From positions 3,520 through 67,519 of the forward strand of contig CAVWOY010000007.1 in NCBI GenBank assembly GCA_963756735.1: a stretch of 64,000 nt of DNA, written 5' to 3'. A program made the translations under genes and the position numbers. Origin of the DNA: an uncultured Alphaproteobacteria bacterium (GTDB lineage Bacteria > Pseudomonadota > Alphaproteobacteria > Rhizobiales > Hyphomicrobiaceae). Below, piece by piece: positions 8,343 through 18,148 of the stretch. The notes under the pieces were generated by a model, which was not told the DNA's origin, did no database searches, and saw nothing but the letters and a program-made list of their open reading frames with translations. Each line of letters begins with the position of its first letter. The first letter of the stretch is position 1.

Positions 8343-10670
8343 TCACGGTTGCGGGGCTTTGGCAGCCTCGATTGCCCGCCACACCCGCATCGGCGTCGCC
8401 GGCATGTCGAGCTGCTTGACGCCCAACGGGCGCAGCGCATCGAGGATCGCGTTCATCACCGCCGGCGGCGCGCCCGTGGTGCCCGCCTCGCCGATGCCCT
8501 TGACGCCCAATGGATTGGTTTTGCATGGCACGTCGTGGTGGTCCACCTCGAACGGGGGAAGGTCGGCCGCGCGCGGCATGGCGTAGTCCATGAAGCTGCC
8601 CGACACGAGCTGGCCCGACGTGCGGTCGTAGACGAGATGCTCGAACAGGGCCTGGCCGATACCCTGCGCCAGCGCGCCATGCACCTGGCCCTCGACGATC
8701 ATCGGATTGATAGTGCGGCCCAGGTCGTCCACCGCCGCGTAGCTCACCACCGTCACCTGGCCGGTAGCCGGGTCGACCTCCACCTCGCAGGCATGGCAGC
8801 CGTTGGGGAAGTTGCCCGGCTCGCTGGCGTAGGTGCCGTGGCCCTCCAGGCCCAGGCCGAGTTCCTCGGGCAGGCCCATGGGGCGGAAGAAGGCCTTCGC
8901 CACCTCCTGCATGGGCATCGAGCGGTTGGTTGCCTTCACGCGGAACATGCCATCATTGAAATCGACGTCGTCCGCTTTCGCTTCCATCAGGAACGCCGCC
9001 ATCTTGCGCCCCTTCTCGATGACGGCATCGGAGGCGGCCTTGAGCGCGCAGCCGCCCACCATGATGCTGCGGGAGGCATAGGTGCCTCGGCCGAAGGCGA
9101 TCTTCTGCGTGTCGCCCTGCAGGTAGCTGATGCTTTCGAACGGCACCCCCAGCCATTCGGACACCATCTGCGCAAAGGTAGTGGCGTGGCCCTGCCCATG
9201 AGAATGCGTGCCGGCGAGGATCGTCACGTTGCCTTCGGGGTCGAAGCGCAGGTCCATGCGCTCGTTGAACACGCCGGCCTCCTCGATGAAGTAGGCGAGG
9301 CCCTGGCCGCGCCGCAGCCCGGCGCTCTCGGACTGCGCCTTGCGCGCGGAAAAGCCCTTCCAGTCGATGAGGTCGAGGCACTTGTCCATGGCGACCTCGA
9401 ACTCGCCGCTGTCGTAAACGTAGCCCGTGAGCGTCGGATACGGCATCGCCTCGGGGCGGATCAGGTTGCGGCGGCGGAGCTCGATGCGGTCGATGCCGGT
9501 CACGATCGCCGCCTCGTCGATCAGGCGCTCGGCGAGATAGGCTGCCTCGGGGCGGCCGGCGCCGCGATAGGGCGCCATCGGCGAGGTGTTGGTGAACACG
9601 GCATGCGCCGTCGCATGCAGCGCGCCGACGTGGTAGGGCCCGGTGGCGAGGCGCAGGCCATAGACCACCACGGCGATCACGGCCGAGGCGGTATAGGCGC
9701 CGACCGCGTCGAGCGCGCGCGTGCGCAGGGCAAGGATGTTGCCGTTCTCGTCCATTGCCATCTCGGCGGTGACCACCTGGTCGCGGCCGTGATAGTCGCC
9801 CTGCAGCGCTTCCGCGCGGTTGCAGGTCCATTTCACCGGCCGGCCGCAGCGGCGCGCGGCCCACAGCACCAGCGCATCCTCGGGGTAGGCATCGGCCTTC
9901 ATGCCGAAGCCGCCGCCGACGTCGGGCGTGATCACATGGAATTTGGCGACCGGCTCGCGGAACACTGCCGCAGCCAATGTTTGCCGCACCCCGAAAGGAT
10001 GCTGGGTGCTGGTGTGCAGCGTGAACATATCGGCCGCGGGATCGTACTGGCCGATCGAGCCGCGTGGCTCGATCGAATTGGCGGACAGGCGGTTGTTCTC
10101 GAGCTTGAGGGAGACGACATGCCGGGCCTTGGCGAAGGCCGCGTCCGTCGCAGCCTGATCGCCGAACGCCAGGGTGACCGAGATGTTGCCCGGGCATTCG
10201 CTCCACACCGATGGCGCGCCCGGCTTCACCGCGTCCTCCACCGAGACGACGGCCGGCAGCGGCACGTAGTCGATCTCGATCAGCTCGGCCGCGTCGCGCG
10301 CCTCCACCTCGGTCTCGGCCACGATGAAGGCGACGCGATCGCCGACGCAGCGGACGACGTCGTGGATGAGTATCGGTCGGTGGGTGCGGAAACCCTTGGG
10401 GCCGCCCACGTCCTCGGGCATGAATAGCGGCGGTAGCCGGCCCAGGCCGTCGGCGATGGCGTCGGCACCGGTGAGTACCAGCACCACGCCCGGTGCTCGC
10501 ATCGCGGCGCTCGCATCCACGCGCGCGATCCTGGCATTGGCATGCGTGGAGTAGACGACGACGCCGTGCAGCTCGCCCGGCAGCACCAAGTCATCGACGA
10601 AGCAGCCAGCGCCCTTCAGAAAGCGTGCGTCCTCAACCCGGCGCACGGCCTGGCCAATCCCGAACTTCAT
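8343..10670 (-). CDS. Xanthine dehydrogenase family molybdopterin-binding large subunit (CoxL/CutL-like)
   Basis: Intact 775 aa. MKFGIGQAVRRVEDARFLKG N-terminus. The PYRGAGRPEA loop is like the AYRGAGR loop of form-II CoxL homologues. Confidence 0.9.
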   Translation of the reverse strand: MKFGIGQAVRRVEDARFLKGAGCFVDDLVLPGELHGVVVYSTHANARIARVDASAAMRAPGVVLVLTGADAIADGLGRLPPLFMPEDVGGPKGFRTHRPILIHDVVRCVGDRVAFIVAETEVEARDAAELIEIDYVPLPAVVSVEDAVKPGAPSVWSECPGNISVTLAFGDQAATDAAFAKARHVVSLKLENNRLSANSIEPRGSIGQYDPAADMFTLHTSTQHPFGVRQTLAAAVFREPVAKFHVITPDVGGGFGMKADAYPEDALVLWAARRCGRPVKWTCNRAEALQGDYHGRDQVVTAEMAMDENGNILALRTRALDAVGAYTASAVIAVVVYGLRLATGPYHVGALHATAHAVFTNTSPMAPYRGAGRPEAAYLAERLIDEAAIVTGIDRIELRRRNLIRPEAMPYPTLTGYVYDSGEFEVAMDKCLDLIDWKGFSARKAQSESAGLRRGQGLAYFIEEAGVFNERMDLRFDPEGNVTILAGTHSHGQGHATTFAQMVSEWLGVPFESISYLQGDTQKIAFGRGTYASRSIMVGGCALKAASDAVIEKGRKMAAFLMEAKADDVDFNDGMFRVKATNRSMPMQEVAKAFFRPMGLPEELGLGLEGHGTYASEPGNFPNGCHACEVEVDPATGQVTVVSYAAVDDLGRTINPMIVEGQVHGALAQGIGQALFEHLVYDRTSGQLVSGSFMDYAMPRAADLPPFEVDHHDVPCKTNPLGVKGIGEAGTTGAPPAVMNAILDALRPLGVKQLDMPATPMRVWRAIEAAKAPQP

Positions 10671-10818
10671 CGTCTCCTCCCCGTCGTCGCGCCGGCGGCT
10701 GCCAACGTGTGCTTGTGCTCAGGGAACACCGGTTGGGGCGCCAGAGCAAGCGACGCAGAGCGCCCGTCGCCGCCGAGGCGGTGGTACGCTGCCCACCGAT
10801 CTGCCGTCGGACCAGGGG

Positions 10819-12012
10819 CTAGCGCCCGAACCGCACCTCGCTCGACAGCGTTTCCAGGAACGCCACCAAATCGGCCTGCTCGCCGGGCGAAAGCTTCAGC
10901 GGCCGTACCAGGCGCTGGCCGGGCATGCCGTGCAGGCGTTCCTCGCTGACCTCCGAATAGTGGCGCACAACATCGGCGAGGGCGGCGAGGCTGCCGTTGT
11001 GCATGTAGGGCGCAGTGCGTGCGACGTTGCGCAGCGACGGGACCCGGAACTCGCCCCAGTTGCGGTGCTGCTGCTCGACGTGGCGGGTGGCGATGCCTGG
11101 GGCCTTGTCGGGATCGTCGTTGTAGGCGCCGAGCAGGGTGAAGGGGCTCGCCTGCAGCGCGGCGATGCCTCCGTAGCGCCCCTGGTCGACGCGGCCCCTC
11201 TCGGCGAAGAAGGGCACGCCGATGTCCTCGAACTCGCCGCTGGTGAAGTTGGGGCCCAGGTGGCAAGCACCGCAGTCGCCCTTGCCGACGAACAGCTTAA
11301 GCCCGCGTTGCGCAGCTATTGGGAAACGAGCGATGGTGGTGGTATCGCCGCGCTCGAGCGCATCGCGGAAATCGTCGAAGGGCGTGCGGCCGCTTGTGAT
11401 CGTCCCCTGGAAGGCGGCGAGCGCCTTGGCGACGTTGACCAGCACCAGCTCCGGTGCATCGCTCGACGATCGGGTGCCGAACACGCCGGCGTAGGCCGCG
11501 GCCAGCGCACCATCGCCGGCGATGCGGGCTCGAAGGTTCGCCGGCGCCAGCGCCAGCTCCTTGTCGTCCAGGATCGGGCGGATGCTTTGCGCCCACAGGC
11601 TGTCGGCGGCGCCGGCCCAGCCGAACCAGCGGTTGAGGCCGAGGTTGGCGAGCGCGATGGCGTTGCGGTCGAGCAGCGCGCGGCCAACGCTGCGGGGGCG
11701 TCCGTCGCCGAAGGCCTTGGCGGGGTCATGGCAGGTAGCGCAGGAGCGCTTGGCATCTACTGAGAGCCGCTTGTCGAAGAACAGAAGCTTCCCCAGCGCG
11801 ATGGCCTCGAGCTTTCCCGACACGCGGTTGCTGGGATCGGGCGGCATGGGCAGCGGCCAGGGCCCGTGCGCCAGGATGGCCGTGCGCTCGGCTTCGGTGA
11901 ACTCGGCAGGCTGGGCGGGCGCGGGCGCAGAGCTGAAAATGAAGAAGGCGCAGGCGAGAGCAATGCGCGAGATGTAGGGCGCAATAGGCGTTAGCCGTAT
12001 TGCGCCGATCAT
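10819..12012 (-). CDS. Di-haem cytochrome c peroxidase (CCP/MauG family), exported
   Basis: Two CxxCH motifs (CATCHD, CGACHLG). Signal-like ISRIALACAFFIFSSAPAPAQP. I prefer start ATG 12012 to the track start 12072; it lies inside a REP element, so it is uncertain. Confidence 0.85.
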   Translation of the reverse strand: MIGAIRLTPIAPYISRIALACAFFIFSSAPAPAQPAEFTEAERTAILAHGPWPLPMPPDPSNRVSGKLEAIALGKLLFFDKRLSVDAKRSCATCHDPAKAFGDGRPRSVGRALLDRNAIALANLGLNRWFGWAGAADSLWAQSIRPILDDKELALAPANLRARIAGDGALAAAYAGVFGTRSSSDAPELVLVNVAKALAAFQGTITSGRTPFDDFRDALERGDTTTIARFPIAAQRGLKLFVGKGDCGACHLGPNFTSGEFEDIGVPFFAERGRVDQGRYGGIAALQASPFTLLGAYNDDPDKAPGIATRHVEQQHRNWGEFRVPSLRNVARTAPYMHNGSLAALADVVRHYSEVSEERLHGMPGQRLVRPLKLSPGEQADLVAFLETLSSEVRFGR

Positions 12013-12055
12013 TGCGCACAACGGCGCAATGCGCTGTCGCTTATTGCGCCCTACA
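11973..12055. repeat. REP-like nested palindrome of the GGGCGCAAT type
   Basis: tgtagggcgcaataggcg (11973-11990) pairs with cgcttattgcgccctaca (12038-12055). Inner arms attgcgccg/cggcgcaat. The same core occurs at 31969-32002. Confidence 0.8.
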
Positions 12056-12068
12056 TGCCAGAACCCGC

Positions 12069-12485
12069 TCACGGCGCGAGCTTGACCTCGTGCATCAGGC
12101 GGGTGCGCTTGGCTCCCTGCACGAGGTCGATCGTTACCCGCCAGGTGCCGGCCATGTGCAGCATCAGGCCGGTGAACTTGTAGTGGCCGGGAGCCGACTG
12201 AGCCGCGGCGGGGCGGTAGTTCATGCCGTGGCCGTGGGCGGGCATGGTGGCATCGATGCGGATCTCGCGCACCGGCTCGGAGGACGGGGCCTTGCAGGCA
12301 ACCACCTCGGCGGCGAAGAAGCGCCCGACTTTCAGCTCGGCAGGGTCCCAGCGATAAGCGACCTCGGCATCTCCCGATGCGAGCCGCTGGAAACCCTGCT
12401 CCGCGGCAGGGCAGGCCAATGCGTTCGAGGCGAGCGCAGCGGTGGCCAGAATGGCGGCGACCAGGGCGATGGCGCCACCCGTCAT
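12069..12485 (-). CDS. Small exported protein with a YtkA/FixH-like Met/His-rich motif
   Basis: Only the last 138 codons of ORF 12069..13286 look coding. MTGGAIALVAAILATAALASNALA signal. TMPAHGHGMNYRP motif. The ATGA overlaps the upstream amidohydrolase stop. Confidence 0.65.
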   Translation of the reverse strand: MTGGAIALVAAILATAALASNALACPAAEQGFQRLASGDAEVAYRWDPAELKVGRFFAAEVVACKAPSSEPVREIRIDATMPAHGHGMNYRPAAAQSAPGHYKFTGLMLHMAGTWRVTIDLVQGAKRTRLMHEVKLAP

Positions 12486-13315
12486 TGCCCCACCCGTTGC
12501 CCCAGCGCCCACGCGGTGAGGCGCTCGGCGTTGCGGAAGGCGACGTTGTCGGCGACGTCGGCGGGGAGACCGGCGATCCATTTGCGCGAGAAGTTGGCGT
12601 GCTCGACCACGTAGTACCAGCGCTCGGGCGAGGGCGTGTCGGTGCCGACCATGAAGCGGTCGGGGAAGTCGATGATCAGCTGCCGCCAGGCATCGTCGAG
12701 CCGGCCGCCTGGCGCGTAGTCGTTGCGGTAAGCGAGGTCGGCCCACAGCATCTTGTGCTTGGCGAGCAGGACGCGCACGTTGTCGGGCTGGTCGAAGCCC
12801 GAATGCGCCCACAGCACGCGCGCGCCGGGGTCCTGCTTGAAGATGCGCTCGACCGCATCGACGTCGGAATGGGCGTGCAGGAAGATCTTGCGCTCCTTGG
12901 CGAGCTGCACCAGCCGGCGCATGACGGGCAGGTCGGCATCGGCGCCGAACACGTGGAACTCGCCGATGCCGGCATAGGTGTTGGCCTTGAGCCGCGCCTC
13001 CACGTGCGGGACGATCGAGGGGTCGCGCACCCAGGTGCCGATCTCGCCGCGCCGGCGATAGGGGCGCAGCACCGGCACGATCAGGTCGGGGGCGGCCTTG
13101 TAGAGCATCTGCGTGCCGTCGTCGCTGGAGCTGGAGACCAGCGCCTTCTTGACGCCGGCCTGCCGCAGCACCTTGATGGCCTCCGGCGGCGGCAGCACGT
13201 CCCAGGTGTCGTGGCTGTAGTGGATGTGGGCGTCGACGATGGGGCGGTTCGGATCGGCGGTTGCGGCGGGCAAGCCGAGCCAGCACAGCAGAGCAGCCAG
13301 TAGCAGTTTGCGCAT
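12482..13315 (-). CDS. Exported metal-dependent amidohydrolase (TIM-barrel) family protein
   Basis: Start ATG 13315: MRKLLLAALLCWLGLPAATA signal, then VDAHIHY metal-binding motif, LHAHSD and MVGTD. Confidence 0.8.
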   Translation of the reverse strand: MRKLLLAALLCWLGLPAATADPNRPIVDAHIHYSHDTWDVLPPPEAIKVLRQAGVKKALVSSSSDDGTQMLYKAAPDLIVPVLRPYRRRGEIGTWVRDPSIVPHVEARLKANTYAGIGEFHVFGADADLPVMRRLVQLAKERKIFLHAHSDVDAVERIFKQDPGARVLWAHSGFDQPDNVRVLLAKHKMLWADLAYRNDYAPGGRLDDAWRQLIIDFPDRFMVGTDTPSPERWYYVVEHANFSRKWIAGLPADVADNVAFRNAERLTAWALGQRVGQ

Positions 13316-13556
13316 GTCAGCAATCCCCTGGACCAACGAAGCGCATGCTAAGGCATGACCCAGCCTGCGGCCAAGGGCGTGCCAAGCCTTGGTTTCAGGG
13401 CCCGGATTTGCCTGCGGCCGAGGCTCCAAAAAGCCGGCAGGATCAATGCCACGCGTAACCAGCACGCCTGTTCCTGGTTGATAATTCCCCTGTGACGCCC
13501 TGCCGTGGCATGCAACTGTTGGCAGCTGCGCCGGTCAGAACTAAACATTCCAGCGC

Positions 13557-16431
13557 ATGCTCGGGTCGATGCCGCTGGCCCAAGAACGTGAAAGGCCCGT
13601 GCCGCCCTTGTCGACTGAGCCAGAGATTGCCCTGTCGGTGCCCTCCGCCGACGAGATCAAGACCACGACCTGCTACATGTGCGCGTGCCGCTGCGGCATC
13701 CGCGTGCACCTGAAGGACGGCCGGGTGCGCTACATCGACGGCAACCGCGACCACCCGGTCAACAAGGGCGTGCTGTGCGGCAAGGGCTCGGCGGGGATCA
13801 TGCAGCACTACTCGCCAGCAAGGCTGCGGGCGCCGCTGCTGCGCACTGGCCCGCGCGGCTCGGGCGAGTTCAAGGAGATTTCCTGGGACGAGGCGCTGGG
13901 GCTCGCGACCCAGTGGCTGGGCGAGGTGCGCCGCACCGACCCCAGGAAGCTCGCGTTCTTCACCGGCCGCGACCAGAGCCAGGCGCTCACCGGCTGGTGG
14001 GCGATGCAATACGGCACGCCCAACTACGCCGCGCACGGCGGCTTCTGCTCGGTGAACATGGCGGCGGCCGGGCTCTACACCTTCGGCGGGTCGTTCTGGG
14101 AGTTCGGCGAGACCGACTGGGACCACACCCGCTATTTCATGCTGTTCGGCGTGGCCGAGGATCACGCCTCCAACCCGATCAAGATCGCGCTCGGCAAGCT
14201 CAAGCAGCGTGGCGTGAAGGTGGTGTCGGTGAACCCGGTGCGCACCGGCTACAACGCCATCGCCGACGAATGGATCGGCATCAAGCCCGGCACCGACGGA
14301 CTATTCGCCGGCGCGCTGGTGCACGAATTGCTGGCGACCGAGCAGATCGATGTCGACTACCTGGTGCGCTACACCAACGCGCCCTGGCTGGTGATCCGCG
14401 ATCCCGGCAAGGACGACGACGGCCTGTTCGCGCGCGATACGGCGGGTAGCCCATTGGTGCACGACAAGGCTACGGGCTCGCTCAGGAGCGGGCTCGAGGG
14501 CGGCCTGAAGCCCGCGCTTTCAGGCACGTTCAAGCTTGCCGACGGCCGCGAGGCCGTGCCGGTGTTCCAGCTGCTGGCGGAGCGGTTTCTGTCGAAGGAC
14601 TATTCGCCCGAGCGCGCCGAGAAGGAGACGGGTGTTCCGGCCGCCACCATCCGCCGCATCGCCGCCGAGCTGGCGCATGCGGCGTTCAAGGAGGAAGTGG
14701 TCCTCGACATCCCCTGGACCGACTGGAAGGGCCAGCGGCACGAGAAGATGATCGGCCGGCCGGTCGGCATGCATGCCATGCGCGGCATCTCGGCCCACAG
14801 CAACGGCTTTCACTCCTGCCGCATCCTGCACGTGCTGCAGATCCTGCTGGGCTCGATCGATTGCCCGGGCGGGTTCCGCTACAAGACGCCGTATCCCAAG
14901 CTCGCGCCGCCGTTCCTGAAGCCGCGCGGCAAGTCGGGCGACGTGCGCCCCATGCATCCGCTGCCTGGCCCGACCCTCGGCTTCCCCACCGGGCCGGACG
15001 ACCTGCTGGTGGACGCGGCCGGCACGCCGCAGCGCATCGACAAGGCCTTCAGCTGGGATGCGCCGCTCTCGGCGCACGGGCTGATGCACATGGTGATCGC
15101 CAACGCCGCCAAGGGCGATCCCTACCCCATCGACGTGCTGTTCATGTACATGGCCAACATGGGGTGGAACTCGGCCATGAACCTGCCGGCGACGCTGGCG
15201 CATCTGACCGAGAAGGACCCCGCGACCGGCGAATACAGAATAGGCAAGGTGATCTACTCCGACGCCTATGCCTCCGAGACGGTGGCCTACGCCGATCTGG
15301 TGCTGCCGGACACGACCTATCTGGAGCGCTGGGACTGCATCTCGCTGCTCGACCGGCCGATCTCCGAGCCCGACGGTCCCGGCGACGCCATCCGCCATCC
15401 GGTCGTGAAGCCCGACCGCGACGTGCGGCCGTTCCAGGACGTGCTGCTGGATCTGGGTGCCCGCCTCGGCCTGCCCGGCATGGTGACGGGCAACGGTGCA
15501 CCGAGGTTTCCGGGCGGCTATCCCGACTACATCGTCAACCACGAGCGGCGGCCGGGCATCGGCTCGCTGGCGGGCTTTCGCGGCGTGAACGGCGACGAGT
15601 ACGCGCGCGGCGCGCCCAATCCGCGCCAGCTCGATGCCTACATGGCGCAAGGGTCCTTCCACGTGCACCACCTGCCGGCGCACATGCGCTACTTCAAGCA
15701 CGTCAACCGCGACTACATCGTGTGGGCGGTGGACAAGGGCTTCCGCCTCACCACCACGCCGGTGATCTTCCAGCTCTACAGCGAGCCCATGCAGAAGATG
15801 CGGCTGGCGGCGCAGGGGCACGGGGCGGTGCAGCCGCCGGAGCAACACCGCCAGCGCGTCGCCACCTATTTCGATCCGCTGCCCTTCTGGTATCCGCCGT
15901 TCGAGGACAGCGCCACGGACGCCAGCTTCCCGCTGCACGCCATCACGCAGCGGCCGATGGCGATGTACCACTCGTGGGGCTCGCAGAATGCGTGGCTGAG
16001 GCAAATCCACGGCGCCAACCGGCTGTTCATGAGCCGCGTGCGGGCCGCCGAGCTCGGCATCGCCGACGACGACTGGGTGTGGATCACCTCGGGCGTCGGG
16101 CGCGTCAAGGCGCAGGTGAAGCTGATGGAGGGCGTCAACCCCGACACGGTGTGGACCTGGAACGCCATCGGCAAGCGGGCGGGCGCCTGGGGCCTGGCGC
16201 CGGACGCGCCCGAGGCGACGCGTGGGTTCCTGCTCAACCACCTGATCGCGGAGCTGCTGCCCGAGCAGCCGGGCGGCTATCGCTTCTCCAATTCCGATCC
16301 GGTGACGGGTCAGGCGGCCTGGTACGACCTGCGAGGTGCGGGTGGAGAAGGCCGCCAAGTACGAGAAGCACGAGACGTGGCCGCGCTTCGAGCCGCGTCT
16401 CGCCGTGCCAGCGCTGCGGGGGCCGCCATGA
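13557..16431 (+). CDS. Mo-bisPGD (DMSO reductase family) oxidoreductase catalytic subunit; apparent 1-nt insertion at GG 16335-16336
   Basis: FS0 motif CYMCACRCG...LCGKG. About 950 aa of family-like sequence. Removing one G restores AWYDLRVRVEKAAKYEKHETWPRFEPRLAVPALRGPP, with the stop overlapping the next ATG (ATGA at 16428-16431). No twin-arginine leader is visible. Confidence 0.85.
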
Positions 16432-17196
16432 CAGGCTTGCCGCAGACTACCGCCAAGAAGCTCGGGCTGGTGATCGATCTCGACACCTGCGTCGGCTGCC
16501 AGGCGTGCGCGACGAGCTGCAAGGAGTGGAACGCCGGCGGCTACTCGGCGCCGCTCACCGACGAGCAGCCCTATGGTGCCGACCCGCACGGCGCCTGGCT
16601 CAACCGCGTGCACGCCTACGAGGTGGGCGAGGGCGAGGCGAGCCGCACGGTGCATTTCCCGCGCTCGTGCCTGCACTGCGAGACACCGGCCTGCGTGACC
16701 GTGTGCCCTACAGGGGCCTCCTACAAGCGCGCAGAGGACGGCATCGTGCTGGTCGAACCCCGACACCTGCATCGGCTGCAAGCTTTGCTCCTGGGCCTGT
16801 CCCTACGGTGCGCGCGAGTACGACTACAGCCACGGCGTGATGAAGAAGTGCACGCTGTGCGTCGACCGCATCTACAACGAAACGTTCGCGCCGGAGGACC
16901 GGGTGCCGGCGTGCGTGCGCGCCTGTCCGACGGGAGCGCGGCACTTCGGCGACCTGGGCGATCCCAAGAGCGCGGTGTCGCGGCTGGTGGCTGAGCGCGA
17001 CGGCTTCGACCTGCTGCCCGAGTTCGGCTACAAGCCCGTCAACAAGTATCTGCCGCCGCGGCCGCGCCGCGATGGGCGCGAGGCGCAAGACGGCGCTGTG
17101 CCCGCCGCCGCCGACGCCGGGTCCGCGGATGGTGCGCAGGCGGGCGGCGCGGCCGAGCGCCTGTTCGCCTGGGTCGACCGTGTGCTCTCGCGCTGA
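16428..17196 (+). CDS. 4Fe-4S dicluster electron-transfer subunit (DmsB/NrfC-like); apparent extra C in run 16758-16761
   Basis: CVGCQACATSCKEWN and CLHCETPACVTVCPTGA. After removing one C: PDTCIGCKLCSWACPYGA, CTLCVDR, ACVRACPTGA (ORF 16837..17196). Confidence 0.85.
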
Positions 17197-17205
17197 TCCA
17201 CGCCC

Positions 17206-18144
17206 ATGCATCCCGCCTATTCGGTGATCCTGTTCACGACGGCCTCCGGCGCCGGCTACGGGCTGCTGGTCTGGCTGGCGCTGGTGGGCGTCGCGGGCTG
17301 GGTCGATGCCGACCCGTGGCTCGGCTTCGCGGGCTTCGGGCTGGCGCTGCTGCTGATCACGGCGGGGCTCTTGTCGTCGACGGCGCATCTGGGGCGTCCC
17401 GAGCGGGCCTGGCGCGCCTTCTCGCAGTGGCGCACGTCGTGGCTCTCGCGCGAGGGCGTGCTGGCCATGCTGACCTATGTGCCCGCGATGTTCATGGGCG
17501 TAGCGTGGGTTTGGCTGGAGCGAGTGCTGGTGGTGACGGGGATCATTGCTGCGCTGGGTGCGCTCGCCACGCTGTTCGCCACCGGCATGATCTATGCGAC
17601 GCTGCGCACCATCCGGCAATGGCATCAGCCGCTGACCGCGCCGATCTACATCGCGCTTGGGCTCGCCAGCGGTGCCGTGCTGCTCAACCTGCTGCTGCGC
17701 ATCTTCGAGGAGTATGACCCGTGGCCGGCGCTGCTGGCGCTCGCATGCCTGCTGGTCGCTGCGGCGATGAAGTGGGCCTACTGGCAGCGCATCGACGGCG
17801 AGGCGCGCGAGTACAAGATCGGCGCGGCGACGGGGCTCGGCGGCATGGGCAAGGTGCGCCAGCTGGAGCCGCCGCACACCGGCCCCAACTTCATCATGCG
17901 CGAGATGGGCTACCAGATCGCGCGCAAGCATGCCGTGAGGCTGCGCCGGCTGGTGGGGCTGCTGGCGTTCGCGGTGCCCGTCCTCGGCACGCTGCTGACG
18001 CTGGCACCAACGGCGGCAGCAGAGATCGGCGGGGCGCTGCTGGCGACCGCCTCGATGGCCGTAGGCCTCGTGGTCGAGCGCTGGCTGTTCTTCGCGGAAG
18101 CCGAGCACGTGTCGATGCTGTACTACGGCAGGGATGCTGCTTAG
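17206..18144 (+). CDS. DmsC-like integral membrane anchor subunit
   Basis: Intact 312 aa with about 8 hydrophobic helices (MHPAYSVILFTTASGAGYGLLVWLALVG...). Positioned directly after the alpha and beta genes. Confidence 0.75.
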   Translation: MHPAYSVILFTTASGAGYGLLVWLALVGVAGWVDADPWLGFAGFGLALLLITAGLLSSTAHLGRPERAWRAFSQWRTSWLSREGVLAMLTYVPAMFMGVAWVWLERVLVVTGIIAALGALATLFATGMIYATLRTIRQWHQPLTAPIYIALGLASGAVLLNLLLRIFEEYDPWPALLALACLLVAAAMKWAYWQRIDGEAREYKIGAATGLGGMGKVRQLEPPHTGPNFIMREMGYQIARKHAVRLRRLVGLLAFAVPVLGTLLTLAPTAAAEIGGALLATASMAVGLVVERWLFFAEAEHVSMLYYGRDAA

Positions 18145-18148
18145 CCCG

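Noticed and set aside
8236-8346. 36-codon GTG ORF coupled to the coxL stop, considered as a feature.
   Set aside because: It is too short, it matches no recognisable family, and it may be a gene fragment. I kept it only as part of a finding.
8349-10427. Very long ORFs antisense to, or out of frame with, recognisable genes. Examples: 8349..10427 (+), 14520..16781 (-), 16708..18108 (-), 19921..21651 (+), 22455..23708 (+), 24205..25617 (+), 25157..26488 (+), 35746..37101 (+), 42404..43603 (-), 53012..54703 (+), 55736..57583 (+), 56100..57656 (-).
   Set aside because: Their translations are Arg/Gly/His/Pro/Ala-rich and low in complexity, with no family motifs. Each is overlapped by an ORF with clear family signatures. 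This is typical shadow-ORF behaviour in high-GC DNA.
12486-13286. Upstream 267 codons of ORF 12069..13286 (405 aa as listed).
   Set aside because: This part is Arg/Pro/Ala-rich nonsense that overlaps the amidohydrolase gene in another frame. Only the last 138 codons (12069-12485) look coding.
13440-13556. Sigma-54-like tggcat..ttgg and a TTGAT half-site in the divergent promoter region upstream of the Mo-enzyme operon.
   Set aside because: The GG/GC spacing does not fit TGGCAC-N5-TTGC. The TTGAT has no inverted partner at FNR/FixK spacing.
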